In this document: positions 1 through 9,470 of the stretch, piece after piece | Numbering within the stretch: position 1 is the stretch's first letter | Layout of the letters: every line of letters starts with the position of its first letter | Assembly: GCA_018822545.1 (NCBI GenBank) | Contig: JAHJKA010000051.1 | Location: forward strand, 12,570 to 76,569 | From: Pseudomonadota bacterium | Lineage (GTDB): Bacteria; Desulfobacterota; Desulfobulbia; Desulfobulbales; SURF-16 | Length of the DNA: 64,000 nucleotides | Direction: 5' to 3' | Position numbers and translations under genes: made by a program | Notes under the pieces: generated by a model | Databases searched by the model: none | What the model saw: only the letters and a program-made list of their open reading frames with translations | What the model was told of the DNA's origin: nothing

Positions 1-1
1 C

Positions 2-37
2 CAGTGCCACGGCATTGCCCATGACTTGAACAAATAG
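2..37 (+). CDS. 3' end of an ORF truncated by the window edge, possibly a c-type cytochrome C-terminus
   Basis: Frame 2 reads QCHGIAHDLNK then TAG at 35-37. A hairpin terminator follows. Too short to assign. Confidence 0.2.
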   Translation, partial: QCHGIAHDLNK

Positions 38-60
38 TATCAGCTGTAAGTGCACCAACC

Positions 61-98
61 AAAAAGGGCTCAGATCCATGTGGATCCGAGCCCTTTTT
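61..98 (+). terminator. Rho-independent terminator hairpin, A-tract/T-tract flanked and possibly bidirectional
   Basis: GGGCTCAGATCC (66-77), loop ATGT, GGATCCGAGCCC (82-93), one mismatch. AAAAA precedes it and TTTTT follows. Confidence 0.7.
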
Positions 99-162
99 GG
101 TTTTTTGGTCCTTGGCAAAATATCAAGCAACCCAGCCAATTTGTTCATGGTACACTGACACC

Positions 163-1350
163 ATGATCCTGTATGCCCTTGCCATCCTGACTCTCCTTGT
201 GCTTCTCGCCATTAGTGTTGAAATGGCCGTGGGGAGTTTTAAATTAAAAAACCTGGGCTCCATAGCGCCTGAGGTCCAGCCGCCAGCGCCTTACGTCTCT
301 ATTATCGTCCCAGCCTTAAATGAAGAAACATCCATAGTCGAGGCGATGGAATCATTGATTACTCTTGACTATGAACATTTTGAAATTATTGCTATTAACG
401 ATCGTTCCACAGATCAGACAGGACCACTGCTGGATCAATTTGCCCGACTCCATAGCAAAATACATGTTTTGCATATCTCAGAACTCCCCTCGGACTGGCT
501 GGGAAAACAGCACGCTTTACAGGAAGGAGCGGACAGGGCAAAGGGTGATCTTCTTCTCTTTACCGATGCTGATGTCACATTTGCGCCTTCAACCTTGAAA
601 CGAGCTATCCGGCGTATGCAGGACACTAATCTTGACCACCTCACCCTGCTGTTTGGCGTCGTGCTCTCGGGCAGTTTACTCAACATGGTGGTTATTGAAT
701 TTGGCGTTAACCTGGCTTGCTTCCTGAAGCCCTGGAAGGCATCTGACCCTAAAAGCGTTCACAGTATCGGCATAGGGGCCTTCAACCTGGTGCGTCGGGA
801 GGCCTACGAAAAGATTGGAGGCCATAGGGAAATCGCCATGTCCCCCATCGACGATGTGCTGCTGGGTGTCCTTCTCAAAACCGAGGGCTTCAGGCAGGAG
901 TGTCTCCGTGGCTCGCAATTTGTCACGGTACCCTGGTACCATTCCCTTCAGGAAATGATTCAAGGGTTGGAGAAAAACAGCTTTGCCGCTTTAGACTACA
1001 GCATGGCTAAGGTTGCTGCGGCCAGCATCTTCATAATTATTGTCGGGATTTGGCCGTACTGGGCTGTCGCTCTCACCAGTGGACCAACCAGGGTCATCAA
1101 TGCCTGCATCATCGGCTGTTCCATCCTTCTTTTCGGCAGCGCTGCCCATGTTGCCGACATACCAAAAAGACACCTGCTCTGGCTCCCTGTTTCTCCCTAC
1201 ATCAGACTCTACACATTATGGCGAGCCGTGGGTATCACCCTTCATCAGGGCGGCATAACCTGGCGCGGTACTTTTTACCCCTTGCCGAAATTGAAAGCTC
1301 GGCACATCCCCATACACGGAGGTCATCATGGCAAAAGGAGTGTCAAATAA
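163..1350 (+). CDS. Membrane-bound family-2 glycosyltransferase
   Basis: N-terminal TM helix, then VSIIVPALNEE...INDRSTDQT...LLFTDADV (GT-A fold, DxD-type motifs), with C-terminal TM helices. The ORF track opens at 97. The first ATG, directly before the TM helix, is at 163. Confidence 0.85.
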   Translation: MILYALAILTLLVLLAISVEMAVGSFKLKNLGSIAPEVQPPAPYVSIIVPALNEETSIVEAMESLITLDYEHFEIIAINDRSTDQTGPLLDQFARLHSKIHVLHISELPSDWLGKQHALQEGADRAKGDLLLFTDADVTFAPSTLKRAIRRMQDTNLDHLTLLFGVVLSGSLLNMVVIEFGVNLACFLKPWKASDPKSVHSIGIGAFNLVRREAYEKIGGHREIAMSPIDDVLLGVLLKTEGFRQECLRGSQFVTVPWYHSLQEMIQGLEKNSFAALDYSMAKVAAASIFIIIVGIWPYWAVALTSGPTRVINACIIGCSILLFGSAAHVADIPKRHLLWLPVSPYIRLYTLWRAVGITLHQGGITWRGTFYPLPKLKARHIPIHGGHHGKRSVK

Positions 1351-1723
1351 AAAAGCTCGCATCGATGCCCTGGCACACCTTGGTAAGGATTTGACAAGAA
1401 GATGCCGGGCCCACTGCGAGCTCTGTGGCCATGGCAACAGAGGCCTTGAAGCTCTAGAGGTTGAGCCACTCCCCGCAGAACCAGACCTTGATCACACCAT
1501 GTTTATCTGTGAACAATGCCGGCAGGCAATGAGGCCTAAAGAGCTCAACCATCAATACTGGCGTTTTTTAGAAACAACTATCTGGAGTGACCTGCCGGCA
1601 GTGCAGGTCACGGCTGTCAGGCTGACGCGCCGACTGAGCGTGCAGGGTGAAGAATGGGCCACCTCTCTTCTAGAAGGGCTCTACCTTTCACCTGCCATCA
1701 TCGAATGGCTCAACGAACCATAA
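1328..1723 (+). CDS. PhnA-like zinc-ribbon protein (function unknown)
   Basis: CELCGH...FICEQC cysteine pairs followed by WRFLETTIWSDLPAVQVTAVRL, a pattern I recognise from PhnA-domain proteins. GGAGG lies 5 nt upstream of the ATG. Overlaps the GT2 gene end. Confidence 0.65.
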   Translation: MAKGVSNKKARIDALAHLGKDLTRRCRAHCELCGHGNRGLEALEVEPLPAEPDLDHTMFICEQCRQAMRPKELNHQYWRFLETTIWSDLPAVQVTAVRLTRRLSVQGEEWATSLLEGLYLSPAIIEWLNEP

Positions 1724-1726
1724 AGA

Positions 1727-2047
1727 TCAGGGGGTATTTGATTTACGACGGATAACTGTCTTATTGTTTTGACAGTCCCCCTTCTTGCCATCCCGGCCCA
1801 GAGAGAAATCCTGCTCCCCCTCAGACACATCGTCCACCTGATGGCTGTCCAGATTGGCCATACGGATGGCCAATCTCCGGCGATGGGTCGGCATTTCCTT
1901 GAAGGTGAACTCTTTCTGGCCATCATGGTGCTGAAATCGCTGCCATTGGGCCTTCCAGTTATCACGATACCACAGGGAGTGATAGGTTCCCTCGTGCCGC
2001 TGTTGGGTATACTTGCGTTTGGCACTCTCAAGACATATTTTTTTCAT
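1727..2047 (-). CDS. Hypothetical basic, hydrophilic protein
   Basis: 106-aa ORF starting MKKI, convergent with the PhnA-like gene. No recognisable motif and no clear SD. Confidence 0.35.
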   Translation of the reverse strand: MKKICLESAKRKYTQQRHEGTYHSLWYRDNWKAQWQRFQHHDGQKEFTFKEMPTHRRRLAIRMANLDSHQVDDVSEGEQDFSLGRDGKKGDCQNNKTVIRRKSNTP

Positions 2048-2380
2048 AATCCATAAAACTTATGGTCATACTTGTGCGAAAAGCCTGACCAACTCATAAC
2101 TTAAACTTTAATTAAGCCTGATTCCCTGACAACTAAATCGCGTTATGGATAAGTTGAGAACCCGGCTCAGCCCCTAACATACTGACACACCAATGCGTAT
2201 GGTAAATCCATGAATCTCCTTGCAAAAGACGTAGTGAAGACTACTCTTAAATAGGAAGAATTACCAGCAAAAAATGCATTCAGAAACAATATCAAGCGGT
2301 TATAGAGAAAATAATCCAGCTTTGAGAGATGGTAAAAACAGAATCAAAGGAATTGTTAGCAGCCGTACCTGTGCTGGACA

Positions 2381-2423
2381 AAAAAAAACGGCGCAATCCA
2401 AAGAGATGGATTGCGCCGTTTTG
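2381..2423 (-). terminator. Rho-independent terminator of the NifU-like/GGGtGRT operon
   Basis: Perfect 11-bp stem CGGCGCAATCC (2389-2399) / GGATTGCGCCG (2408-2418). A T9 run follows on the minus strand and TTTT on the plus strand. Confidence 0.85.
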
Positions 2424-2450
2424 CTCAGCTGAAATGCTGCGGGACAAAAA

Positions 2451-3446
2451 TCAGGAGGCTTGCTCCAGGGCAACGCTTACGGCCACGGTGGCTCCCACCA
2501 TGGGGTTGTTGCCCATACCGATCAGGCCCATCATCTCGACATGGGCTGGCACCGAGGAAGAACCGGCAAACTGGGCATCAGAATGCATGCGTCCCATGGT
2601 ATCGGTCATGCCATACGACGCCGGGCCAGCCCCCATATTATCGGGATGCAGGGTGCGACCGGTGCCGCCGCCTGAAGCCACCGAAAAATACTTCTTGCCC
2701 TGCTGAATGCATTCCTTCTTGTAGGTGCCGGCCACCGGATGCTGGAAACGGGTGGGATTGGTGGAGTTACCGGTGATGGAGACATCCACACCCTCCAGAT
2801 GGTTGATGGCCACGCCCTCGCGGACATCGTCGGCGCCATAGCAACGCACCTTGCCTCGATCACCCTCTGAGTACACCGTTTCTTCAACGATGCTCACCAC
2901 ACCCTTGCTATAATCAAAGGCGGTTTTCACATGGGTGAAGCCGTTTATGCGGGCGATGATATGGGCGGCATCCTTGCCCAGACCATTCAAGATGACCTTA
3001 AGCGGCGACTTGCGGACCCGATTGGCAGATTTGGCGATACCAATGGCACCTTCGGCGGCGGCAAAGGATTCGTGGCCGGCCAGAAAGGCAAAGCATTTGG
3101 TCTCGTCGCGCAGCAGCATGGCGCCCAGATTGCCGTGGCCAAGGCCCACTTTCCGATCTTCAGCAACAGAGCCTGGGATGCAGAAGCTCTGCAACCCTTC
3201 GCCAAGGGCAGCGGCTATATCTGAGGCCACGGTGAGGTTTTTCTTGATGGCAATGGCTGCCCCGACAATATAGGCCCAGCAGGCGTTCTCAAAACAGATG
3301 GGTTGAATGCCCTTTACAAGCTTATAAACATCAACACCATAGTCTTCACAGATCTGCCGGGCCTCTTCCAATGAGGAGATGCCATACTGCGCAAGCACAG
3401 GGGTAATCTGGCCGATTCTTCTCTCATATCCTTCAAACAATGCCAT
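2451..3446 (-). CDS. GGGtGRT family protein
   Basis: Contains the literal family motif ...SVASGGGTGRTLHPDN... 331 aa. Sits directly downstream of a NifU-like gene, which is the usual pairing. Confidence 0.85.
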   Translation of the reverse strand: MALFEGYERRIGQITPVLAQYGISSLEEARQICEDYGVDVYKLVKGIQPICFENACWAYIVGAAIAIKKNLTVASDIAAALGEGLQSFCIPGSVAEDRKVGLGHGNLGAMLLRDETKCFAFLAGHESFAAAEGAIGIAKSANRVRKSPLKVILNGLGKDAAHIIARINGFTHVKTAFDYSKGVVSIVEETVYSEGDRGKVRCYGADDVREGVAINHLEGVDVSITGNSTNPTRFQHPVAGTYKKECIQQGKKYFSVASGGGTGRTLHPDNMGAGPASYGMTDTMGRMHSDAQFAGSSSVPAHVEMMGLIGMGNNPMVGATVAVSVALEQAS

Positions 3447-3463
3447 GTCTTTCTCCTTTGAGC

Positions 3464-4156
3464 CTATTCCTTCCGCGGATCAATTATTTTGACGGCCTCG
3501 CTGAAACGACCGTAGGTGCCGGTGGCGTCTGCCAGGGCCTTATTGGCATCAACCCCTTTCTTGATGGCATCCATCATCAGCCCGAGGTGGACAAATTTAT
3601 AGCCGATGATCTCGTCATTAGTATCCAGGCCGTTCGCAAGGACATAGCCTTCAGCCATCTCCAGATAACGGGGCCCTTTAAGCGCTGTGCCATACATGGA
3701 ACCGGTTACAGAGCGCAGCCCTTTGCCGAGATCCTCAAGGCCAGCGCCAATGGGCAGGCCACCTTCGGAAAAGGCAGACTGACTGCGGCCATAAACGATC
3801 TGCTGGAAGAGCTCGCGCATGGCAACATTGATGGCATCACAGACCAGGTCGGTATTCAGTGCCTCTAAAATAGTCTTGCCCGGCAGAATTTCAGCGGCCA
3901 TGGCAGCCGAGTGAGTCATGCCCGTGCAGCCCACCGTCTCAATCAGGGCCTCTTCGACAATGCCCTTCTTGATATTAAGGGTGAGTTTACAGGCACCCTG
4001 GTGGGGGGCGCACCAGCCGATACCATGGGTCAGACCGCTGACATCACCGATCTGCTTGACCTGCGTCCAGCCACCCTCCTGGGGGATGGGGGCAGGGCCG
4101 TTTTTAGGGCCCTTGGCCACACAGCACATTTCTTCAACTTCCGGGGAATAAATCAT
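3464..4156 (-). CDS. NifU/IscU-like N-terminal-domain iron-sulfur scaffold-like protein
   Basis: GWCAPHQGACKLTLNI..., ETVGCTGMTHSAAMAAE and LVCDAINVAM resemble the IscU-type three-Cys scaffold pattern. 17-nt gap to the GGGtGRT gene. Confidence 0.7.
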   Translation of the reverse strand: MIYSPEVEEMCCVAKGPKNGPAPIPQEGGWTQVKQIGDVSGLTHGIGWCAPHQGACKLTLNIKKGIVEEALIETVGCTGMTHSAAMAAEILPGKTILEALNTDLVCDAINVAMRELFQQIVYGRSQSAFSEGGLPIGAGLEDLGKGLRSVTGSMYGTALKGPRYLEMAEGYVLANGLDTNDEIIGYKFVHLGLMMDAIKKGVDANKALADATGTYGRFSEAVKIIDPRKE

Positions 4157-4471
4157 GGTTTTACTCCATAATGGGTTTTACCTGGGAATAACACCCCTGG
4201 CGATTCCGTTATTTTTAGTTTCTCGACAGCAGTCATGGCACACACCAAACATCATCTTGGATCCATATCAATCAATGAGCTACCATGAGTACACCATCCA
4301 TATAACCGATCTACAAAAAAAATCCAGCGCTGCTATCATCTCCTCTATTCTCAAAACCACCCGCCTGTTGCATAACTGCCAACAACATTGAGTCAAGAAT
4401 GCCGTCATGCGCACGGCCGGACTGCTCACCCTGCTTTTCTCCACCCTTTCTCTAGCCCCGCTCCTGGCTGA

Positions 4472-4914
4472 TCACCATACAGGAACCAAAAAAAAGATCC
4501 CAAACTGGAATATCTCAGCCCACAGGTCATTGAATTTTACGTCAAGATTTCCTCCTGGGAGCAGGAGGTGGTGAAAGAATCAGGCCTTAGCCCGACCCAG
4601 ATGCACGCCATTGAGATTATCGGCCATGCAGGAGAATTGCGGATGAAGGAACTGGCCGCACAGATGAGGCCGCCACCGGCACCATTACCGGAATGGTGGA
4701 TGGCCTGGAAAAGCAGGACGCTGTTAAGCGCAAAAGGCACGAAGTAGACCGACGCTCTGTGCTGGTAGTCTTTATAACCCCAAGAGGTCAAAAGCTTTTT
4801 GCCGAACACCATCAGTTACACATGAAGCGCACCCATGATCTGAGTTTCAGCCTGCCAACACAGGAGTCAGGCTACCTCTCCGTCATCCTCACCAAAATGA
4901 ACCTGCAGATCTAA
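4472..4914 (+). pseudogene. MarR-family transcriptional regulator interrupted by a frameshift (or a sequencing error)
   Basis: Frame 2 reads ...SGLSPTQMHAIEIIGHAGELRMKELAAQM... and frame 1 continues ...TGTITGMVDGLEKQDAVKRKRHEVDRRSVLVVFITPRGQKLF... (winged-helix wing). The two frames overlap around 4615-4700. There is no ATG at the head of frame 2 after the stop at 4469. Confidence 0.5.
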
Positions 4915-4938
4915 GGCATCATCTTGGCCCCGGAGTTG

Positions 4939-5457
4939 TCAGACCTTGAACTTGGCCAGCTGCTGACAGGCATACTGCTGAGTATCAGAAAGGGCGCCCT
5001 GCTCTACATCTTTGAGTCCGAGCTGGACCTCTGCCACTCGGCCCTGCAACTCAGCAATACTCGAATTTACCACAGCCGCAAAATCCTGCAGGGGGTCCCC
5101 CTCCCGCAAGACGATTTTGACGGTGAGATCACCTTCACCCACCCGCCGAAAATCCTCTTCCACATGATAGAGAGGCCCTGCTATCTTCTGGGGCAGGAAA
5201 AGTGCAATCAGGAGGCCACTGATCAAACTGACGGCCGACCCAGCAAGGATGACCGGCAACAGGAGATCACTGACCCGGCGCACGGTAATGTGGGCTGTAT
5301 AAAAAGAATCCCCCAGTTCTTTGCGTGAATAAAAATAAAGGACAAGGGCAGCCACCAGGGCACTGAAAACAACAGCCCCCAAAATACGAAGCAACAGCCA
5401 CCGTTGAAACTCTCTTTTAACACCAATATTTAATTTCTTTCTCTTGTAGTTTTCCAT
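4939..5457 (-). CDS. Small membrane protein with a HAMP domain
   Basis: Two TM helices followed by PQKIAGPLYHVEEDFRRVGEGDLTVKI...DPLQDFAAVVNSSIAELQ (HAMP pattern). Last gene of the cytochrome train. Confidence 0.75.
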   Translation of the reverse strand: MENYKRKKLNIGVKREFQRWLLLRILGAVVFSALVAALVLYFYSRKELGDSFYTAHITVRRVSDLLLPVILAGSAVSLISGLLIALFLPQKIAGPLYHVEEDFRRVGEGDLTVKIVLREGDPLQDFAAVVNSSIAELQGRVAEVQLGLKDVEQGALSDTQQYACQQLAKFKV

Positions 5458-5478
5458 GACAACCTTCCTTGATCGGCT

Positions 5479-6666
5479 TTAGCCGAAGTTACGATGACAG
5501 CCGAGACAGAGATCCTTACGCTTTGCCCGAGTTAAACGATACTCATTGTCCGAGGCGTGGGCCTGGTGACAAGACATACAACTTAAACGGCCATCAGCCA
5601 TGGTGCGATACTCTGGAGGGATATGCATCCCGGCCTTGGGACGGATATCCACAGGATGTGAATGTTCGCCCTTGGACTGAGGATGGCAACCGACACAGAC
5701 AGTTATCGTCAGCGAGTAGGGATCGGTCAACTCAAGATGCTCTTGTGGCCGATTGGTTCCTACCCCATTCGCCTCTACTCTTAAGGTCTGCTCGCCAGTC
5801 CGGCCAAGGCGCACAGCCACCGGATGGCTGGTTGCAAAACGGGCAAAAAACCTTCCCTGCTCCTGATAAAAATGTGCCTTCATCGCAATCTGACCAGGCT
5901 GCCCCTTGGGCTTGAGCACAGGCTCGCTATAAAAATCACGGGTAGAGAGAATCATTTCTTGGGACATGGCCTTATTGCCATAGATATCGTGGGACACAAC
6001 GACAAACCTGTAGCGGCTCCCCGCATCAAGCCCGGCAACCAAAATCTCATGTTCGGTTGCCCACCTGTTGTCAAGTGCGGTGCTTGAGCCTAAATCCCCT
6101 TCACCATAGAATACCTGGGCATCGGTAATACGATCCGTCTTCCAGGCAATAATGGCAGAGAGAAAAACTCCTTTTTTCACCTCAACAACGCGGAGATCTG
6201 AAATCGTAATCTCTCCCTGTTGCAGGGAAAAGCGTTCTGCGTGATCAAGGGTCGGCAAGTTTATCTCTTGGTTTAGCACCTTGTTCTCACCCGCATTGGC
6301 CATGAGAGTAATCTTGGTACCCGCATAATGCGACGGCAGTTCAAACCAGTGCTCGTTATGCTCCTGACTATCCCGGACAAACCATTCAATTTCCTCATTG
6401 GCCTCTTCCTGGACAGCCCCAAGGCCAACAGACGGCATCCCTCCCTTGACATGACATACAGCACAATGATTTTCAAGAATAGGAGCATGGACATAGCGCT
6501 TAGAGGCACGCTCCTCGCAGACTTGAAAATGACAGCGACAGCACTCTTCCGGCGCAACAGTCCCACTTGCATCACCCTGCGCGGCAGCAATAATACAGGT
6601 TAGCCCGAACAAACCGGCTAGCCCCAAAAGAAATATTTTAAATCTTTTAAAACAAGGCATCTTCAT
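5479..6666 (-). CDS. Pentaheme c-type cytochrome with a central FN3-like beta-sandwich domain
   Basis: Signal peptide. Heme motifs CCRCH, CAVCH, CVGCH, CMSCH, CLGCH. The central segment AIIAWKTDRITDAQVFYGEGD...HEILVAGLDAGSRYRFVVVSHDIYGN follows an FN3/PAP-N-like pattern. Confidence 0.9.
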   Translation of the reverse strand: MKMPCFKRFKIFLLGLAGLFGLTCIIAAAQGDASGTVAPEECCRCHFQVCEERASKRYVHAPILENHCAVCHVKGGMPSVGLGAVQEEANEEIEWFVRDSQEHNEHWFELPSHYAGTKITLMANAGENKVLNQEINLPTLDHAERFSLQQGEITISDLRVVEVKKGVFLSAIIAWKTDRITDAQVFYGEGDLGSSTALDNRWATEHEILVAGLDAGSRYRFVVVSHDIYGNKAMSQEMILSTRDFYSEPVLKPKGQPGQIAMKAHFYQEQGRFFARFATSHPVAVRLGRTGEQTLRVEANGVGTNRPQEHLELTDPYSLTITVCVGCHPQSKGEHSHPVDIRPKAGMHIPPEYRTMADGRLSCMSCHQAHASDNEYRLTRAKRKDLCLGCHRNFG

Positions 6667-6687
6667 TTCAAAACTCTATCACATTCT

Positions 6688-8172
6688 TTAATCAACGACC
6701 ACGACATCGGCAGGCCGAGAACCAAGTTCAATGGTAGTCGCCACCTTGTTTGAAGTCTGATCAATAACCGAAATCACACCACCATCCTGGGCCGCCACAT
6801 AGAGCCACTTGCTTCGGTCAGCTGCGGCCATTTCAAGGGGCGTACTGCCCACAGCTATGGACCGAACCACCCGCTGTTGCCGAACAAGGACAAGGGACAC
6901 CGAGTTGCTCCGGGAATTACTGACATACAGGGTATTATCTTTTTTCAGGAGACGGCGCGGCGTAAAACCAACAGCCAGTCTTTTGACAACCTGACGGCTG
7001 TCGAGATCAAATATCCCGATATTATTGGCGCCCTGCTCTGCCACATAGAGGTAGTCACCATCCACCAACAGGCCGTCGGGGCTACTTCCTGCCGGGACGA
7101 TGTCTCGGGTTTCCAGGGTTTCAGGGTCAACAAAATAGATCTTTTGATCAAGAGCGGAGGACAGAATAAGCTGCTGGCTGGCTTCATACCAGACAAGGTG
7201 GCGGGGCTGGTAACCAAGACGTACCTTTTTATCCATGGAGCCCCGCACAAGGTCCATACGGATAAGATAATTCCCGCCCTCATCAAGGATATAGCCCCAG
7301 TTGCCTTGAGGGCTCATGAAATAGGAGGGCGATACTATCATGGGTATCTTAAATTGGTCGACAATGCGGTTGGTGGCAGTTTCTACCACGGTGATCGTTG
7401 ACTGCTTTTCCGAAAGAACATAGAGCCTCTTTCTCGCCGCCGAATAGACCATATGGGAAGGCCGACCTTTAATGGCAAGGGAGCCAGAGACCCGATTGCG
7501 ATCGGTACTGAGCAGGTAGAGGGTATCAATGTCCGGGCAGCTCACATAGGCAAGATCAGCAAGCAGGGGCTGGTGGGGACTTAACACCGCCATCTTGGCC
7601 GTAAAATGGGAGGCCTGGCCAACAGAGGCCTTATCATCCCAGGAGATGATGAGCACCCGACTCTCTCCTGCCTGTAGTTGAAAATTGCCGGGCAAGGGGA
7701 GATCGACAACCGGCTTGTCCAGGGCAAGCAAGAATTTTTCGCCGCCCCTTAGCAGAGCGGCGTTCTCCAGACTCAGGCGCAGGAAACGGTAGTCAGCGGC
7801 CAAGACCGAACCACGGGCCAAAAAACGCTGACCGCCGCCGATATCCGCGGCCGCCAGCTCTCTGTTGCCGCCGACAAGGGGGACGATAGAGGTCTCGCCA
7901 ACCAGTTCCACAGCAGAGATCTTCAGCCAGGCCTCGCCGCCATTATCCTGGGCCAGTTGGACAAAAACCGTGACCAGGGCCTCCTGGGGCGACATCTTTT
8001 GGCCAGGGACGAGAGGAGAAGAGCTGACGCCCGCCCCCTTCACACAACCATTTAAGCCAAAAAAAATTCCAAATAGAATTAAAGACAATAGTATAACTTG
8101 CCTCCATTCCCTACCGGAGCCCCTAGTAAAAACCTTGATTTCCATTTTCGAGTGCTTCCCCCAGCGTATCAT
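6688..8172 (-). CDS. YVTN-type beta-propeller repeat protein, probable lipoprotein
   Basis: Lipobox-like FFGLNGC. C-terminal repeats of the type LYVSNSRSNSVSLV..., WLYVAAQDGGVISVIDQTSNKV. The start is ambiguous (8172 or 8145). Confidence 0.85.
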   Translation of the reverse strand: MIRWGKHSKMEIKVFTRGSGREWRQVILLSLILFGIFFGLNGCVKGAGVSSSPLVPGQKMSPQEALVTVFVQLAQDNGGEAWLKISAVELVGETSIVPLVGGNRELAAADIGGGQRFLARGSVLAADYRFLRLSLENAALLRGGEKFLLALDKPVVDLPLPGNFQLQAGESRVLIISWDDKASVGQASHFTAKMAVLSPHQPLLADLAYVSCPDIDTLYLLSTDRNRVSGSLAIKGRPSHMVYSAARKRLYVLSEKQSTITVVETATNRIVDQFKIPMIVSPSYFMSPQGNWGYILDEGGNYLIRMDLVRGSMDKKVRLGYQPRHLVWYEASQQLILSSALDQKIYFVDPETLETRDIVPAGSSPDGLLVDGDYLYVAEQGANNIGIFDLDSRQVVKRLAVGFTPRRLLKKDNTLYVSNSRSNSVSLVLVRQQRVVRSIAVGSTPLEMAAADRSKWLYVAAQDGGVISVIDQTSNKVATTIELGSRPADVVVVD

Positions 8173-8180
8173 TACTCATA

Positions 8181-9470
8181 TTAAAAAGTCTTGCGATTGG
8201 TCTGCCTGGCTCCCGCCCAACTATCATCACTTCCGTGAAAATGGCAATTGCCACAGGGAATTGGTGGAGGATTTGAACCACCACTACCGTGACAAAGGGC
8301 ACACTGAGTCGGCGAATAAGGCCGATCAGAAGAATAGTGATGGATGTATTGCCATTTGCCGACGGTATTCGTACCGGCACTGGCGGCGGCATCATCCTTG
8401 TGGCATTGGCGACACAGGGCTCCCATGACATTGGTTGTGGTGATGGTGGCACTCAGATCGCCACCATTGACTCGTTTGCGCAGCAGCATGATATTTGAGG
8501 AACCATGGGGCTCATGGCAGTCCAGGCAAGAGAGGAGAAAATTGCTCTTGGTGGCAGCGGCTGCGGTATAAGGATTCAGGGAATCAAGGAGTCCTTCCCG
8601 CACCAAGCCACCATGTTTGTCACCACTGCTCGACCAGTCTATGCTGCGCAAATTTCTGGCCAGGGTTGTGCTGTAGATGGTGTTGCTCGTATTATGGCAA
8701 TTGGTACAGAAACCGACATAATCAGCAGTTTTCGAGCCATCCGCCGTGGTGGATCCATCCGGCTCCCTGGCAGTACTGGTGGCATTGGCATAGGGCGCCT
8801 CGTAACTGCTGTAGGACGACATCAACTCCGTCTGGCCCCAGAGGTTGAAATGGTCGGTGGGTTTGGAGATGGCGCTGGAAAGAGGGGCGCTGAAATCCTG
8901 ATAATTCCGCTTGGCAAGATGGGGGTTATGGCAAGCGTTACAAGGGTTGGAATACTCGCTGTACCAGGGGAACAGGATGCTCTCACCATCAACAAAATTA
9001 TGAATGTCACCCAGGTTATGGTAGGAGCGCTGGTTAAAGGCTTCCATAATATACTGGGGCAGGGTACCCGAGGCGTCACCGCCGAAGGTGGTGGCGTAAT
9101 CACCATTGACCACCACCTGCGCCGTGGCAGAGGCACTATGGCAGTAAAAGCAGACATTATCAGCCACCAGATAGGAGCCAGGCACGGCGCTCGTATTGAA
9201 ATTGGTGGCGAACAGGGTGTAGGCGCTTGGCGTGCCAGCCGTAGGCGCTGGCTCAGAGCCGGCCACGCTGGCATGCGTTTCATGACAATGGAGGCAATTG
9301 CCGGTGGCAAAGCTGGTGGTTGCCGAGCGCTCCACCCCAGCGCTGCTTGAACCGTGGGCCGAATCAAGATAGCCCCCTGCCCACAACGCCTCTGGCAGCA
9401 GGAGGAGCCCCGCCAGGGTCACCGACAGTGGCAACATATTTAATCTTTGGCAGTATGACATATGGCGCAT
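8181..9470 (-). CDS. Octaheme c-type cytochrome
   Basis: CLHCH, CFYCH, CNACH, CTNCH, CLDCH, CRQCH, CALCH, CGNCH. Signal peptide. The 5' end overlaps the stop of the upstream OmcS-like gene. Confidence 0.9.
   Translation of the reverse strand: MRHMSYCQRLNMLPLSVTLAGLLLLPEALWAGGYLDSAHGSSSAGVERSATTSFATGNCLHCHETHASVAGSEPAPTAGTPSAYTLFATNFNTSAVPGSYLVADNVCFYCHSASATAQVVVNGDYATTFGGDASGTLPQYIMEAFNQRSYHNLGDIHNFVDGESILFPWYSEYSNPCNACHNPHLAKRNYQDFSAPLSSAISKPTDHFNLWGQTELMSSYSSYEAPYANATSTAREPDGSTTADGSKTADYVGFCTNCHNTSNTIYSTTLARNLRSIDWSSSGDKHGGLVREGLLDSLNPYTAAAATKSNFLLSCLDCHEPHGSSNIMLLRKRVNGGDLSATITTTNVMGALCRQCHKDDAAASAGTNTVGKWQYIHHYSSDRPYSPTQCALCHGSGGSNPPPIPCGNCHFHGSDDSWAGARQTNRKTF

Noticed and set aside
2048-2380. 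AT-rich 330-bp gap examined for tRNA, small RNA or mobile-element remnants
   Set aside because: I recognised no cloverleaf-compatible sequence, inverted terminal repeats or integrase/transposase fragment.
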